Of a DNA stretch of 44,547 nucleotides, positions 16,860-25,839 are shown piece after piece (the stretch's first letter is position 1; each line of letters begins with the position of its first letter). A model generated the notes under the pieces. That model was not told where the DNA came from, ran no database searches, and saw only the letters and a program-made list of their open reading frames with translations. Made by a program: the position numbers and the translations under genes. The DNA lies in IMG/VR virus record IMGVR_UViG_3300013021_000001, one strand, 5' to 3'. Origin of the DNA: a virus. Lineage: Duplodnaviria; Heunggongvirae; Uroviricota; Caudoviricetes.

Positions 16860-16923
16860 AAGGCGCCAACAGCAAACTTACTAAATCAAACTTCCAATTT
16901 GAATCCAATAGTAATGGTGCCTT
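16860..16923 (+). ncRNA. Free-standing ACAGCAA stem RNA B displaying a Gly(TCC) anticodon stem-loop
   Basis: AAGGCGCCA/TGGTGCCTT; ACAGCAA; TTACTA/TAGTAA; TCAAA-CTTCCAA-TTTGA. Confidence 0.8.
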
Positions 16924-16931
16924 GTATATAT

Positions 16932-17062
16932 GGCAGTATAGCTCAACTGGTAGAGAGCAAACAAAGTTAATGGGCATAGGCCGGCGGGCCCTTACAGCAA
17001 ACTACAACTAACAATTCTATGTAAAAGAAAAGACGTAGGTTCAAATCCTGCTACTGCCACCA
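16932..17062 (+). tRNA. Interrupted tRNA-like gene, apparent anticodon GTA; ~55-nt ACAGCAA module between D arm and anticodon stem
   Basis: GGCAGTA/TACTGCC-ACCA; GCTC/GAGC; GGCC/GGCC hairpin, TACAGCAA (16993-17000); TTCT-ATGTAAA-AGAA; TTCAAAT T loop. Confidence 0.8.
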
Positions 17063-17107
17063 TCAGCCGGCAATTAAATTAAGTTAACCAACACTCCTTT
17101 CAAATTA

Positions 17108-17173
17108 AAGACAGATGCAGCAACCAATTCTTATGAAGGTATCATAAAACCCGCGAAATGCGGATACTGTCTT
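17108..17173 (+). ncRNA. Free-standing (G)CAGCAA stem RNA C
   Basis: AAGACAG/CTGTCTT; GCAGCAACC; internal hairpins TTATGA/TCATAA and CCGC/GCGG. Confidence 0.7.
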
Positions 17174-17198
17174 GTAGTAGAGTCTTAGGAATTAAATT

Positions 17199-17253
17199 TA
17201 GGCACAATCAGCAACCAAATCAAGGACTGTAAATCCAACAAAATATGTGCCTA
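17199..17253 (+). ncRNA. Free-standing CAGCAA stem RNA D displaying a Tyr(GTA) anticodon loop; directly upstream of the DUF2828 gene
   Basis: TAGGCACA/TGTGCCTA; ATCAGCAACC; GGA-CTGTAAA-TCC. Confidence 0.8.
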
Positions 17254-17281
17254 GTATAAAAACAAAAGGGGGATTATTAAT

Positions 17282-18787
17282 ATGTCAAATAAATTTTTAG
17301 ACGCAATGGAAGATAAAGTTAATTACACAGCAACAGAAAATGGTGCAACAGCAAAACATACAACTAAAGATAACCTACTCGATTTCTTTGCTCAGGTGGG
17401 AGCTTTAAGAAACAGGAATAAAGAAGATATTATAAGGCTTTTTGATAAGGCTTTAACAGAAGATGACCTTCTAGCAGTAAAAACTCTTTTTTATGCCAGA
17501 AATGTTAGGGGTGGGCTAGGAGAAAGAAGAATATTTAGAGTTATTTTAAAATATCTGACACAGGTAAAGCCTGAGGTAGTTCTAAAAAACTTAGAACACA
17601 TACCTCATTATGGTCGATGGGACGATTTATATGCCTTATTTGATACAAGACTTGAAGGCTATGCAGCAAACTTTATGAAAGCCCAGTTCTTTAAGGATAT
17701 CAATTCTGAAAAACCAAGCTTATTAGCAAAATGGCTTAAATCAGAAAATGCAAGCTCAGACGAAACAAAAAGACTTGCCAGAAAGACCAGAAAACATTTT
17801 GAGATGACCGCAAGAGGATATAGAAAAACACTTTCTAAGCTGAGAAAGAAAATAGGTGTTGTCGAAAGAAAAATGTCTAATAATGACTGGGAAGATATTG
17901 ACTACTCATCTGTTCCTTCAAGAGCACAAATGATTTACAATAATGCTTTTGAAAGACATGACCCTGAAGGCTACCATGAATATATTGAAAATGTTAAGTC
18001 TGGAGAGGACAAAATTAATGCCTCAACTTTATATCCTTATGATTTAGTAAGAAAAGTTATCGGTCATGGTTGGGGCCATTCAGTTTCTGAAAGTGAAAGA
18101 GATGTTTTAAATGAGCAGTGGAAAGCATTACCTGATTATATCAATGATAAAAATGAAAATTCTATTTGCGTTGTAGATACTTCAGGCTCTATGATGAGCT
18201 CAGATGGGTTGCCACTTCATATTGCCCTTTCATTAGGATTATATATGGCAGAAAGAAACTCAGGACCCTTTAAAGATAGGTTTATTACCTTCTCTGCCAG
18301 TCCTGATTTAGTAAAAGTAGAAGGCAGTGATTTTGTGCAGAAAATTAAGAACATGAGAAGAGCTCACTGGGATATGAATACCGATATCGAAGCTGTATTT
18401 AATCTTATTTTAGATACTGCTATAGAAAATCATCTCCATCAGGATGAAATACCTCAAAAGTTATACATTATTTCTGATATGGAATTTGACCAGTGTACAA
18501 ATAATAGTTATGGACTTAGTTCTCGTAACAAAGTAACTAAAACACTTTTTGAAAAGTTAAAGGAATCATTCAAATATTATGGCTACAAAATGCCGGATTT
18601 AGTCTTCTGGAATGTTGAAGCAAGAAATGAAGTTTTTCAGTTTGACAAAGACGAAAGAGGATTCCAGCTTGTAAGCGGAGCTTCTCCAGTTGTTTTTGAG
18701 CACACAATGAAGGGTGAGTTTGTTTCCGCCTACGACTTGATGCTCGATGTAATCACAGACGAACAGTACGATAGAATTACAGTTTAA
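17282..18787 (+). CDS. DUF2828-family / TROVE(Ro60)-like protein with C-terminal vWA domain
   Basis: TENGA start, LFYARNVRGGLGER, YGRWDDL, AKWL, SVPSRA, LYPYDLV; MIDAS VVDTSGSM, FITFS, NTD, ISDMEFD, VFWNV. Confidence 0.88.
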   Translation: MSNKFLDAMEDKVNYTATENGATAKHTTKDNLLDFFAQVGALRNRNKEDIIRLFDKALTEDDLLAVKTLFYARNVRGGLGERRIFRVILKYLTQVKPEVVLKNLEHIPHYGRWDDLYALFDTRLEGYAANFMKAQFFKDINSEKPSLLAKWLKSENASSDETKRLARKTRKHFEMTARGYRKTLSKLRKKIGVVERKMSNNDWEDIDYSSVPSRAQMIYNNAFERHDPEGYHEYIENVKSGEDKINASTLYPYDLVRKVIGHGWGHSVSESERDVLNEQWKALPDYINDKNENSICVVDTSGSMMSSDGLPLHIALSLGLYMAERNSGPFKDRFITFSASPDLVKVEGSDFVQKIKNMRRAHWDMNTDIEAVFNLILDTAIENHLHQDEIPQKLYIISDMEFDQCTNNSYGLSSRNKVTKTLFEKLKESFKYYGYKMPDLVFWNVEARNEVFQFDKDERGFQLVSGASPVVFEHTMKGEFVSAYDLMLDVITDEQYDRITV

Positions 18788-18798
18788 TAAAATTACTA

Positions 18799-18830
18799 AG
18801 GCAGGCCTTAATCGGTCTGTCTTTTTTTTA
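18799..18830 (+). terminator. Intrinsic terminator
   Basis: AGGCAGGCC-TTAATC-GGTCTGTCT followed by T run. Confidence 0.75.
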
Positions 18831-19004
18831 TTGGGGTGAAAAAAATGGATAAAGAGTTTAAGTATGCAAAAGTGCTGCCACAAGAGCTAGATAAGACAAT
18901 ATTTGGCTTTTACGTAGAAAAAAATAAAAAAATATTAGAAAAAGACTTGAATAATGAAGTGAAGTGTAGTAAACTAAACTTAAGATAGTAAATAGGAGGT
19001 TTTT

Positions 19005-19301
19005 ATGGAGTTAGGAGAAAAAATTAAATTTAAAGAATATCTAAAAAAGAAACCTTATGTAAACTCTTATTACAGCAAAATCGACAAGGACACCGGGTAT
19101 TTGAAGTATGACACTATAGAACTTGAAGAATTTAAAGAAGGCATATTTTGTGGCTATAGAACAATAGGTTATAGGGGCTATACCACACAAAATGATTATG
19201 GAATGGATTATAACCCTTTAGAAAATAAAAAAATTGCACTAATAGCATGTGACACTCGTGGTTTTTATAGAGTAGATACAGAAAAAATAATAATGGAGTG
19301 A
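19005..19301 (+). CDS. Hypothetical protein
   Basis: ORF with AGGAGG RBS. Confidence 0.7.
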   Translation: MELGEKIKFKEYLKKKPYVNSYYSKIDKDTGYLKYDTIELEEFKEGIFCGYRTIGYRGYTTQNDYGMDYNPLENKKIALIACDTRGFYRVDTEKIIME

Positions 19302-19302
19302 T

Positions 19303-20223
19303 TTGATGGATAAAGATAAGTTAGAGGAATTAAGAGAGTACAATAAAATTTATATTTTAGGCAGTAGTAGCAATCAAGAGATTACAAATTACAAAGAAGA
19401 TGAAATTGTAATTGAAGAAAAAATTGACGGCAGTAACTTTAGGTTCTGGAGAGAAGGAGACAGGATTGTATATAGTTCCAGAAAAGTTAAAGATGTCAGA
19501 CCTCGTGATGGATGGGGCAAACAGATTGAATACCTAAATAAAAAGCTTGATGTAAATGCTCTTGGCAGAGATATTATTTATGTCGGAGAGGCAATGAAAA
19601 AACACATAGTAAATTATGATTTTGATAATTATCCACCATTTATAGGGTTTGACCTTCTGGATAAAGAAACTGGAATGCCACTTGATTATAAAGTCGCCAA
19701 AAAGACTTTTGAAAGTCTGGGTTTAGAATTTGTAAATATCTTATTTGAGGGAACAATGGAAGAATATCTTGGGATGGACAGAGATAAACTTTTAGAAATT
19801 TCTAAGTACAACTCAAAAAAGCCTGAAGGTTATGTTATTAAAAATTATAACAGGTTAAGCCAATACAATGAGCCTCTATTTGCCAAAGTTTTAAATGATG
19901 AGTATTTGGAAAGACAAAAAGCTAAAGCTAAAAAGCCAAAGCCTAAAGAAACAGACACTCCTTTAGCAGTTGAGCTTTATGTAAATGAGGCGAGAATTAA
20001 AAAGATGATAGCTAAAATGGTTGTTGATGAAGGACATAAACTTGAAAGAACGCTAATGCATAAGCTTATCCCGAGAGTTATCAAGGATTTTTTAAGAGAA
20101 AATATTCTTGAAATCTATGAGGATAATAGAATAAAAGATGTAAACTTTAATATTCTACACAAAGAAGTTCCAAAAAGATGTATTAAAGTTTTGGATAAGA
20201 TGATTGAAAGTAATGCATTCTAA
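19303..20223 (+). CDS. ATP-dependent RNA ligase, Rnl2-like
   Basis: Motif I EEKIDGSNFRF, YVGE, FIGFDL, EGYVIK, FAKV; helical C-terminal domain. Confidence 0.85.
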   Translation: MMDKDKLEELREYNKIYILGSSSNQEITNYKEDEIVIEEKIDGSNFRFWREGDRIVYSSRKVKDVRPRDGWGKQIEYLNKKLDVNALGRDIIYVGEAMKKHIVNYDFDNYPPFIGFDLLDKETGMPLDYKVAKKTFESLGLEFVNILFEGTMEEYLGMDRDKLLEISKYNSKKPEGYVIKNYNRLSQYNEPLFAKVLNDEYLERQKAKAKKPKPKETDTPLAVELYVNEARIKKMIAKMVVDEGHKLERTLMHKLIPRVIKDFLRENILEIYEDNRIKDVNFNILHKEVPKRCIKVLDKMIESNAF

Positions 20224-20243
20224 AAATAAATAAGGAGGTTAAA

Positions 20244-20516
20244 ATGCCTGATTATTTTAAAGAATATACAGCTGATTATAAAGGAAATAGTGAGTGGTAC
20301 TGTCAAAAAGAAAAATGTATATCCTGTAAATTCAGCTACGGGCCCTTGAGTTTTAAGCAGGACTCAGTAATTAATTTAAGGTGCAAAAGGCCTACGGTAG
20401 ATTGCGAGCATGAATTTTTAAACAAAATAGTCCTAAAGAAAATAGTAGATAAAAAGCGCGTTAAAAGCGACAATCCTTTAATGGTCAAATATCAATATGT
20501 TGTGGAGGAGGAATAA
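20244..20516 (+). CDS. Hypothetical protein
   Basis: ORF with AGGAGG RBS. Confidence 0.7.
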   Translation: MPDYFKEYTADYKGNSEWYCQKEKCISCKFSYGPLSFKQDSVINLRCKRPTVDCEHEFLNKIVLKKIVDKKRVKSDNPLMVKYQYVVEEE

Positions 20517-20533
20517 AAATCAGCTACAAAAAA

Positions 20534-21028
20534 ATGTGGTCTTACTTCAAGGAAGACCTAAAAGATGTAATCTCTTACAGTCACCGCTTTAAAAACAGCG
20601 ACTATGATGCAAATGGGATTACAGAATCCGTTGCAAGAAGGTTAATGTTTCAAATGGATACTTATGAAAAACATATAGGTAAAAAAGCAGAAATTACAGA
20701 CTATAGACTAAAAGGTTGGGACTGGGGTGAGCTCTGTGACAAATTTGGGCTTGAAGATTATGAAGTTCCAAAAGGTAATAGAGGTAATTATATGCATCTT
20801 AAAGTTGAAGGCACTTTAGAATATAACAAAGTGATTCATTATCTTGAAGACAGATGGATGGAAGATAATGAGATAGTAGAGGTATTAAAAGGCCATTTAA
20901 GGTCTATGATACCTGATGAAGGGCCTTATACTCACTATGATGCAGTCTGGAACGCTATGCTTGATATAAAAGACAATACGGTATTTATGCAGTTTGTATT
21001 TGCACTCTTAGGACACATGTGGACCTAA
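20534..21028 (+). CDS. Hypothetical protein
   Basis: 164 aa ORF in operon. Confidence 0.75.
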   Translation: MWSYFKEDLKDVISYSHRFKNSDYDANGITESVARRLMFQMDTYEKHIGKKAEITDYRLKGWDWGELCDKFGLEDYEVPKGNRGNYMHLKVEGTLEYNKVIHYLEDRWMEDNEIVEVLKGHLRSMIPDEGPYTHYDAVWNAMLDIKDNTVFMQFVFALLGHMWT

Positions 21029-21051
21029 AACTATAAATGGAGGAAATTAAA

Positions 21052-21411
21052 ATGGGATTAATAAAATCAAAACAATTTGCCAAAAGAGCTGACTACTGGG
21101 AAAGAAACGGGCTTAATGTAATTTACTCAGAAAAGTTTTATATTCTTAAAGGAAACAGAAAGAAAAGAAGATTAACTCAAAATAAATTTAATAAAATTAA
21201 AGCAGACTTTATAGAAAACATTAAAAACATGAAGGAAGTAAAAGAAGAAAATACACAATCTCAATTTGATGATATATGCCAGCTTGAAACAAAGCTAGAA
21301 ACCATAGTAGGACAATATATTGACTCATATGGAGACTTAATTGAGCAGGACATAGAACAAGACCCATCAACTATAAAACCTGTAAAACACGCCAAAAACA
21401 AACTTAAATAA
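21052..21411 (+). CDS. Hypothetical protein
   Basis: Start moved to ATG after GGAGG. Confidence 0.7.
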   Translation: MGLIKSKQFAKRADYWERNGLNVIYSEKFYILKGNRKKRRLTQNKFNKIKADFIENIKNMKEVKEENTQSQFDDICQLETKLETIVGQYIDSYGDLIEQDIEQDPSTIKPVKHAKNKLK

Positions 21412-21422
21412 GGAGAGTTCAA

Positions 21423-21629
21423 ATGGATATTATCTATATGATTTTAGGAGTTTACTTTCTTGGAGTGATTGTAAATAGCTTTATAGTTTTAGTTTTAATC
21501 GCAAACCACAAAAGAACTCATATCGTAACATCTGTTAGTGAGAGTTTTGATTTTTTAAAGATGCTTAAGTTTGTATTTTTAAGCTGGTACTCATTTGATA
21601 AGGCAGTTGTTAAAGTTTTAAATAGTTAA
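21423..21629 (+). CDS. Small membrane protein
   Basis: Hydrophobic N-terminal helix; RBS. Confidence 0.65.
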   Translation: MDIIYMILGVYFLGVIVNSFIVLVLIANHKRTHIVTSVSESFDFLKMLKFVFLSWYSFDKAVVKVLNS

Positions 21630-21660
21630 AATAGTTAAAATAAATTAAAAGGAGTAAACT

Positions 21661-22134
21661 ATGAGTACTATTTTTTTAGATATAGATGGAGTTTTAAATT
21701 CAACTAAATCTATAGAAGAAAATTATCTTAAAGGAAACAAAGTTGATGCAGCTAAAATTTTTATACCTCAATCTGTATTTTTAATAAATATGCTTACAAG
21801 TGTAAAAAGTGCAGATGTAGTAATATCAAGTACGTGGCGTTACAACATGGAAAAGGTTATAAAAGTTTTTAAAAAAAACAATCTAAAAACAAGAAATATA
21901 GTTGGGAGAACTCCCTTTTTAGAATCTACAAGGGGTGCAGAAATCAAAAAGTATTTAAAGTCAAATAAAAATATAAAAGATTTTATAATAATTGACGACG
22001 ATAAAGATATGGAGCCATTTTTAGATAAACTAGTACACATAAAAAGAGAAACGGGTTTTGACAATCATGATTACGTTAAATCTTTAAAAATGTTAGGTGG
22101 TAAAAATGTACCAGAAAAAATGTCCAAAGTGTAA
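21661..22134 (+). CDS. HAD phosphatase of the 'Swiss Army Knife' RNA-repair type (HAD_SAK_2-like)
   Basis: IFLDIDGVLN, VISSTWR, GRTP...RGAEI, FIIIDDD motifs. Confidence 0.8.
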   Translation: MSTIFLDIDGVLNSTKSIEENYLKGNKVDAAKIFIPQSVFLINMLTSVKSADVVISSTWRYNMEKVIKVFKKNNLKTRNIVGRTPFLESTRGAEIKKYLKSNKNIKDFIIIDDDKDMEPFLDKLVHIKRETGFDNHDYVKSLKMLGGKNVPEKMSKV

Positions 22135-22232
22135 GAAATAAAGCCACTTGGCAAGTAAAGGTGGTAAGTGGATATGCCCTTACTGTAATGAGGATTTAAC
22201 AGATATTGAAACAATAAAAAAGGGGTGAAAAA

Positions 22233-22562
22233 ATGTTTTTAGCAAAAGGAGTTTATAGGGATTGTAATATAGATGACTTTATAAATGGAGAACTTCCAAA
22301 CACAGGCTATTCAATTGGTTGGGATGTTGACTTTAAGGCAAAAACAAAAGAAGATTTATTTAAAAAAATAGCCAATTTTCACGATATAAAAATAGAAAAT
22401 ATTTATACTGAAGACGGAAGAATTTATATCCAAAAATATGAAATTCCAAATCCAAGAGGTTGGAATGATGCCACAGAAGAAGATATGAGGTTATGGGAAA
22501 AAGGAAAAAAAGAATTATTTTTGGTTGATTATGTTTATGACTTATTTGAAAAAGTATCTTAA
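22233..22562 (+). CDS. Hypothetical protein
   Basis: ORF with RBS. Confidence 0.7.
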   Translation: MFLAKGVYRDCNIDDFINGELPNTGYSIGWDVDFKAKTKEDLFKKIANFHDIKIENIYTEDGRIYIQKYEIPNPRGWNDATEEDMRLWEKGKKELFLVDYVYDLFEKVS

Positions 22563-22673
22563 TATAAAAATTACAAATAATAAAAGGGGGTGATTCCAAT
22601 GCTCTTTAAATAAAGATAAAGCTATCATAATATATACTAAAAAATATAGCAAATATAATAGGAGGTAGAATTT

Positions 22674-23582
22674 GTGAAGCACGCCCAAGTAAGCCAGGAA
22701 TTCCTACAGTCAGTATTTCAAAACAAGAAAATAAGCTCAAATGGCTACGATTTAGAGGATGGATATTATCATATATATGCTTATGATAATTTGCAATCCC
22801 TATCTGTCGATTCAAAAAGTTATGATGGGTTTCCAGCATCAACTTATTTTTATCCGGCAGGAGCAATAGTTTATTATAATAACGGAATGGTAGAAATTGT
22901 CGACCACAATATATCAATTAATGGTCAGACAGGAAATAACCCATATCAGTGGGCCACAATTGATGCTTTATTAAGAGACAATATTGAGCTTGTAATACTT
23001 ACAGGAGTTGCTGGAAGTGGTAAGACTTTCTTGTCACTTGCGTATGCACTTTCAAAAGTAGAAAACAGTCAATACAACAAGATAGTTTTATCAAGACCTA
23101 AACAAACGCTAGAAAGAGATGAGGGGTTTCTCCCTGGTGGAGAAGATGACAAAATTATGCCATATATGATGCCATTTTATGATAATGCCCGTTCTATGGG
23201 AGCAAGTCAGGATTTTCAAAGAATGGTAAATAGAGGCGAAGATACATTCGGTATTACTTTTCAGCCTTTGGAAAAAATTAAAGGTAGAAGTTTTGAGAAT
23301 ACAATTGTTATTGTTGATGAGGCCGAAGACATGCGATATAGAGAAATAGAGTCTCTTTTAACAAGGCTTAACAATTCAAAGGTTATTATTTGCGGCGATA
23401 TCAAGCAAATAGATGACAAAACATTTTCAAAAAACAACATACCTTTAACATATGCAATACAAAAATTTTATGGACAGGATTTTGTCGCTCATATAGATAA
23501 TCCTATCACTTCTAGAAAAGGTAAAGTAACTCAATTTGTTATTAAAAACTTTTCTTATGAAGAGTATAAAAAAGCAAATTAA
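22674..23582 (+). CDS. phoH: PhoH-family ATPase
   Basis: QWATIDALL, GVAGSGKT, GFLPG, IKGRSF, IVDEAE, CGDIKQID. Confidence 0.92.
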   Translation: MKHAQVSQEFLQSVFQNKKISSNGYDLEDGYYHIYAYDNLQSLSVDSKSYDGFPASTYFYPAGAIVYYNNGMVEIVDHNISINGQTGNNPYQWATIDALLRDNIELVILTGVAGSGKTFLSLAYALSKVENSQYNKIVLSRPKQTLERDEGFLPGGEDDKIMPYMMPFYDNARSMGASQDFQRMVNRGEDTFGITFQPLEKIKGRSFENTIVIVDEAEDMRYREIESLLTRLNNSKVIICGDIKQIDDKTFSKNNIPLTYAIQKFYGQDFVAHIDNPITSRKGKVTQFVIKNFSYEEYKKAN

Positions 23583-23588
23583 AACTTA

Positions 23589-23614
23589 GGGGCGGGTTAA
23601 ACCGCTCCTTTTTA
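23589..23614 (+). terminator. Intrinsic terminator
   Basis: GGGGCGG-GTTAAA-CCGCTCC followed by T run. Confidence 0.7.
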
Positions 23615-23632
23615 AAGTTAAGGAGGTTAAAA

Positions 23633-23974
23633 ATGCAAAAAATAAAAGTTTATTATATTAAACATCCACCAGAAGATGACAGAGAGAGAGGAACTGAAGT
23701 TTGGCAAAGGTATTTAAGAATGACAACAGGTTATAGAGAAGAAAAAGAGATTCCTTTAAAAAAAGATTACAGAAAAGTTTTAGAATTTGAGCTGGATAAC
23801 GATATTCCCGAAAATACAATTTTAAATAAACTCTGGCATGATTGTCAGAATTTAGACTATCATGAGAATGCAGTAAAGCATGACCGTTCAATGATGGTTG
23901 GTGACGTTATCCAAATAGATGAAAAAGTATTTACTGTTGCTAGTATAGGGTTTACTGAAACTGAATGGTATTAA
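23633..23974 (+). CDS. YodL-like domain protein
   Basis: RSMMVGDVIQID...VASIGF motif. Confidence 0.6.
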   Translation: MQKIKVYYIKHPPEDDRERGTEVWQRYLRMTTGYREEKEIPLKKDYRKVLEFELDNDIPENTILNKLWHDCQNLDYHENAVKHDRSMMVGDVIQIDEKVFTVASIGFTETEWY

Positions 23975-23986
23975 GGGGGTGTTTAA

Positions 23987-24244
23987 ATGTTTACAGAATA
24001 TGGTTCAGAAGATGATGAGGTTTTTATCACAACAACAGTTACCAGAATGGAAATAAGAAACGAATTTAAACAATATGGAGTGGAAAAAGTTCCTATGGAG
24101 CTTGTTGAAGAAGTCTTAGATGTTTACTGTATGGATAAGGATATTGACGGTTTACTTTCAGAAAAACCTATTGCTAGTTTAGGTCAGGTTATAAAAGAAG
24201 TCGCAGAATACTATAAAAAGGAAATTTCAGATGACGAAATTTAA
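23987..24244 (+). CDS. Hypothetical protein
   Basis: ORF with RBS. Confidence 0.7.
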   Translation: MFTEYGSEDDEVFITTTVTRMEIRNEFKQYGVEKVPMELVEEVLDVYCMDKDIDGLLSEKPIASLGQVIKEVAEYYKKEISDDEI

Positions 24245-24560
24245 TGAATATATAAAAGAAATAAGAGAGAAGAATAAATATGACCCTAGGCGTGACTTAG
24301 TAAAGGATTCAAAACTCTGGTATATACTCTTAAATATTGCCGAAAGAAAGGATGAAAATCTATACAATATCTTACACGGTTTAAGATGTGTTGGAGCCAG
24401 ACTTTTATATAAAAACAAAAAACTACAAATGGTACAGGGTAAAGAAATAGAAAATTCAAGTTGGGAGCAGTACAGGACAGACTGGCTTTTTCCATATGCA
24501 AAAAATGTAAAAGAAATTTTTAGTGATGCAGAAAGATACATTCAAAAATCCAAAAAATAA
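24231..24560 (+). CDS. Hypothetical protein
   Basis: ORF overlapping upstream stop. Confidence 0.7.
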   Translation: MTKFNEYIKEIREKNKYDPRRDLVKDSKLWYILLNIAERKDENLYNILHGLRCVGARLLYKNKKLQMVQGKEIENSSWEQYRTDWLFPYAKNVKEIFSDAERYIQKSKK

Positions 24561-24583
24561 TTTAAAGGGAGAGATTTTTTATT

Positions 24584-24937
24584 ATGAAAAGACAAAGATT
24601 ACCACACAGACATGACATTAATTTTTTATCACCAGACGGAAAAGTAGCAAAAGCTAAAGGATTTATTTCACTTTATAATAATGGGATTATTTACATTAAT
24701 AAGGAACTTTCAAAACATTTTGACAAAAATACAAACTTTATGAAAATTGGAATAGATGAAGACAGAAAACTACTTGTTCTTCAGCCTTCCAAAACTCCAA
24801 TCAACTCTTTTAAGGTTGAAAAACATGGCAATACAATGATGGTTAGGCACGTACCAACAAGAAGATTAAAAATAGCTATAAAAAACAGACTAGAAGTATA
24901 TGCTACTAAAGATGGTTTTTTAAGTTCACTAATATAA
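24584..24937 (+). CDS. Hypothetical protein
   Basis: ORF with RBS. Confidence 0.7.
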   Translation: MKRQRLPHRHDINFLSPDGKVAKAKGFISLYNNGIIYINKELSKHFDKNTNFMKIGIDEDRKLLVLQPSKTPINSFKVEKHGNTMMVRHVPTRRLKIAIKNRLEVYATKDGFLSSLI

Positions 24938-24946
24938 TTTAAAAAA

Positions 24947-24970
24947 GCCCCGGGCTTTATGCTCGGGGCA
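24947..24970. terminator. Terminator-like hairpin
   Basis: GCCCCGGGC-TTTAT-GCTCGGGGC with A-runs on both sides. Confidence 0.55.
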
Positions 24971-24989
24971 ATAAAAAAGGGGGTTAAGA

Positions 24990-25163
24990 ATGAGATTTAA
25001 AGCAGTATTATATGTAGATGAAGAAGTTGTTGTAGATGCAGCTGATTTAGTTGATGGAAATTATGAAATTGATGATGGTTTAATAACTGACTCTATTTAT
25101 AGTGAAATGGAGTGGGCTAATGGTGTTCATATAGAAAGCCTGGAAAAGATAGAGGAGGAATAA
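24990..25163 (+). CDS. 57-aa acidic protein (below track cutoff)
   Basis: GGGGG RBS; MRFKAVLYVDEE... Confidence 0.6.
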   Translation: MRFKAVLYVDEEVVVDAADLVDGNYEIDDGLITDSIYSEMEWANGVHIESLEKIEEE

Positions 25164-25166
25164 ATA

Positions 25167-25532
25167 ATGAAACTTATAACTAAAGAGCTAGAAAAGAAAA
25201 TTGCTGGCCCTGGCGAACAGGAAGATGTTAAAGACCCAATAGTTTATATTTCATTTTTTCACGGAATAAGTCCATGGCGGTGGTACGCAACAGAATATGA
25301 CCCTGAAAGAAGAATGTTTTTTGGTTTGGTATGCGGCAATGAAAATGAGCTCGGCTATTTTTCTCTTAATGAGCTTGAAAGTGTTAATGTAAAAGGATTC
25401 AAAATTGAGAGAGATTTATACTTTGAGCCCAAAAAGTTAAGTGAAGTAATAAAAGAAAGAAAAAAACTTGAAGACACAATCTCAGATAATTTTCCGGACT
25501 GGATATACGAGGAGAGTGAAGATAATGAATAA
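25167..25532 (+). CDS. DUF2958-like protein
   Basis: WRWYATEYD...[21 protein letters not shown]...IERDLYF. Confidence 0.75.
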   Translation: MKLITKELEKKIAGPGEQEDVKDPIVYISFFHGISPWRWYATEYDPERRMFFGLVCGNENELGYFSLNELESVNVKGFKIERDLYFEPKKLSEVIKERKKLEDTISDNFPDWIYEESEDNE

Positions 25533-25827
25533 AAACAATAAAGTTTTTAATAAATGTCTTGATTGTGGACTTGTTTCAAAAAAAGCAATTTGGCTATGGA
25601 AAAATGAAGACAGAGACATAATACATTCAGATGTTGAAATAAATGAAGAAGGTTTTTTTGACTTGGATAAAATAATTTATGTAGCTGGAGGGCCTGATTC
25701 AAAAAATGCAGAAAATATAGCTGATGGTGATGCAATATGTCCAGAATGTAAAAGCCTTTATTATGTAGCCGCAGACAAATCTGAAGTAGAAACATACTTT
25801 AAAAAAAGAAAAAAAGAGGGAAACTAA
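25525..25827 (+). CDS. Zn-finger-like hypothetical protein
   Basis: CLDCG...CPECK; start moved to ATG 25525. Confidence 0.7.
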   Translation: MNKNNKVFNKCLDCGLVSKKAIWLWKNEDRDIIHSDVEINEEGFFDLDKIIYVAGGPDSKNAENIADGDAICPECKSLYYVAADKSEVETYFKKRKKEGN

Positions 25828-25839
25828 CGGAGTGGTAAT

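Noticed and set aside
13703-17062. Canonical tRNA introns (archaeal BHB at 37/38 or self-splicing group I)
   Set aside because: Inserts are 37-55 nt, at variable positions 5' of the anticodon, with no clear BHB and too short for a ribozyme
17334-17345. ACAGCAA occurrence at the start of the DUF2828 CDS
   Set aside because: Explained by Thr-Ala-Thr codons; no enclosing stem seen
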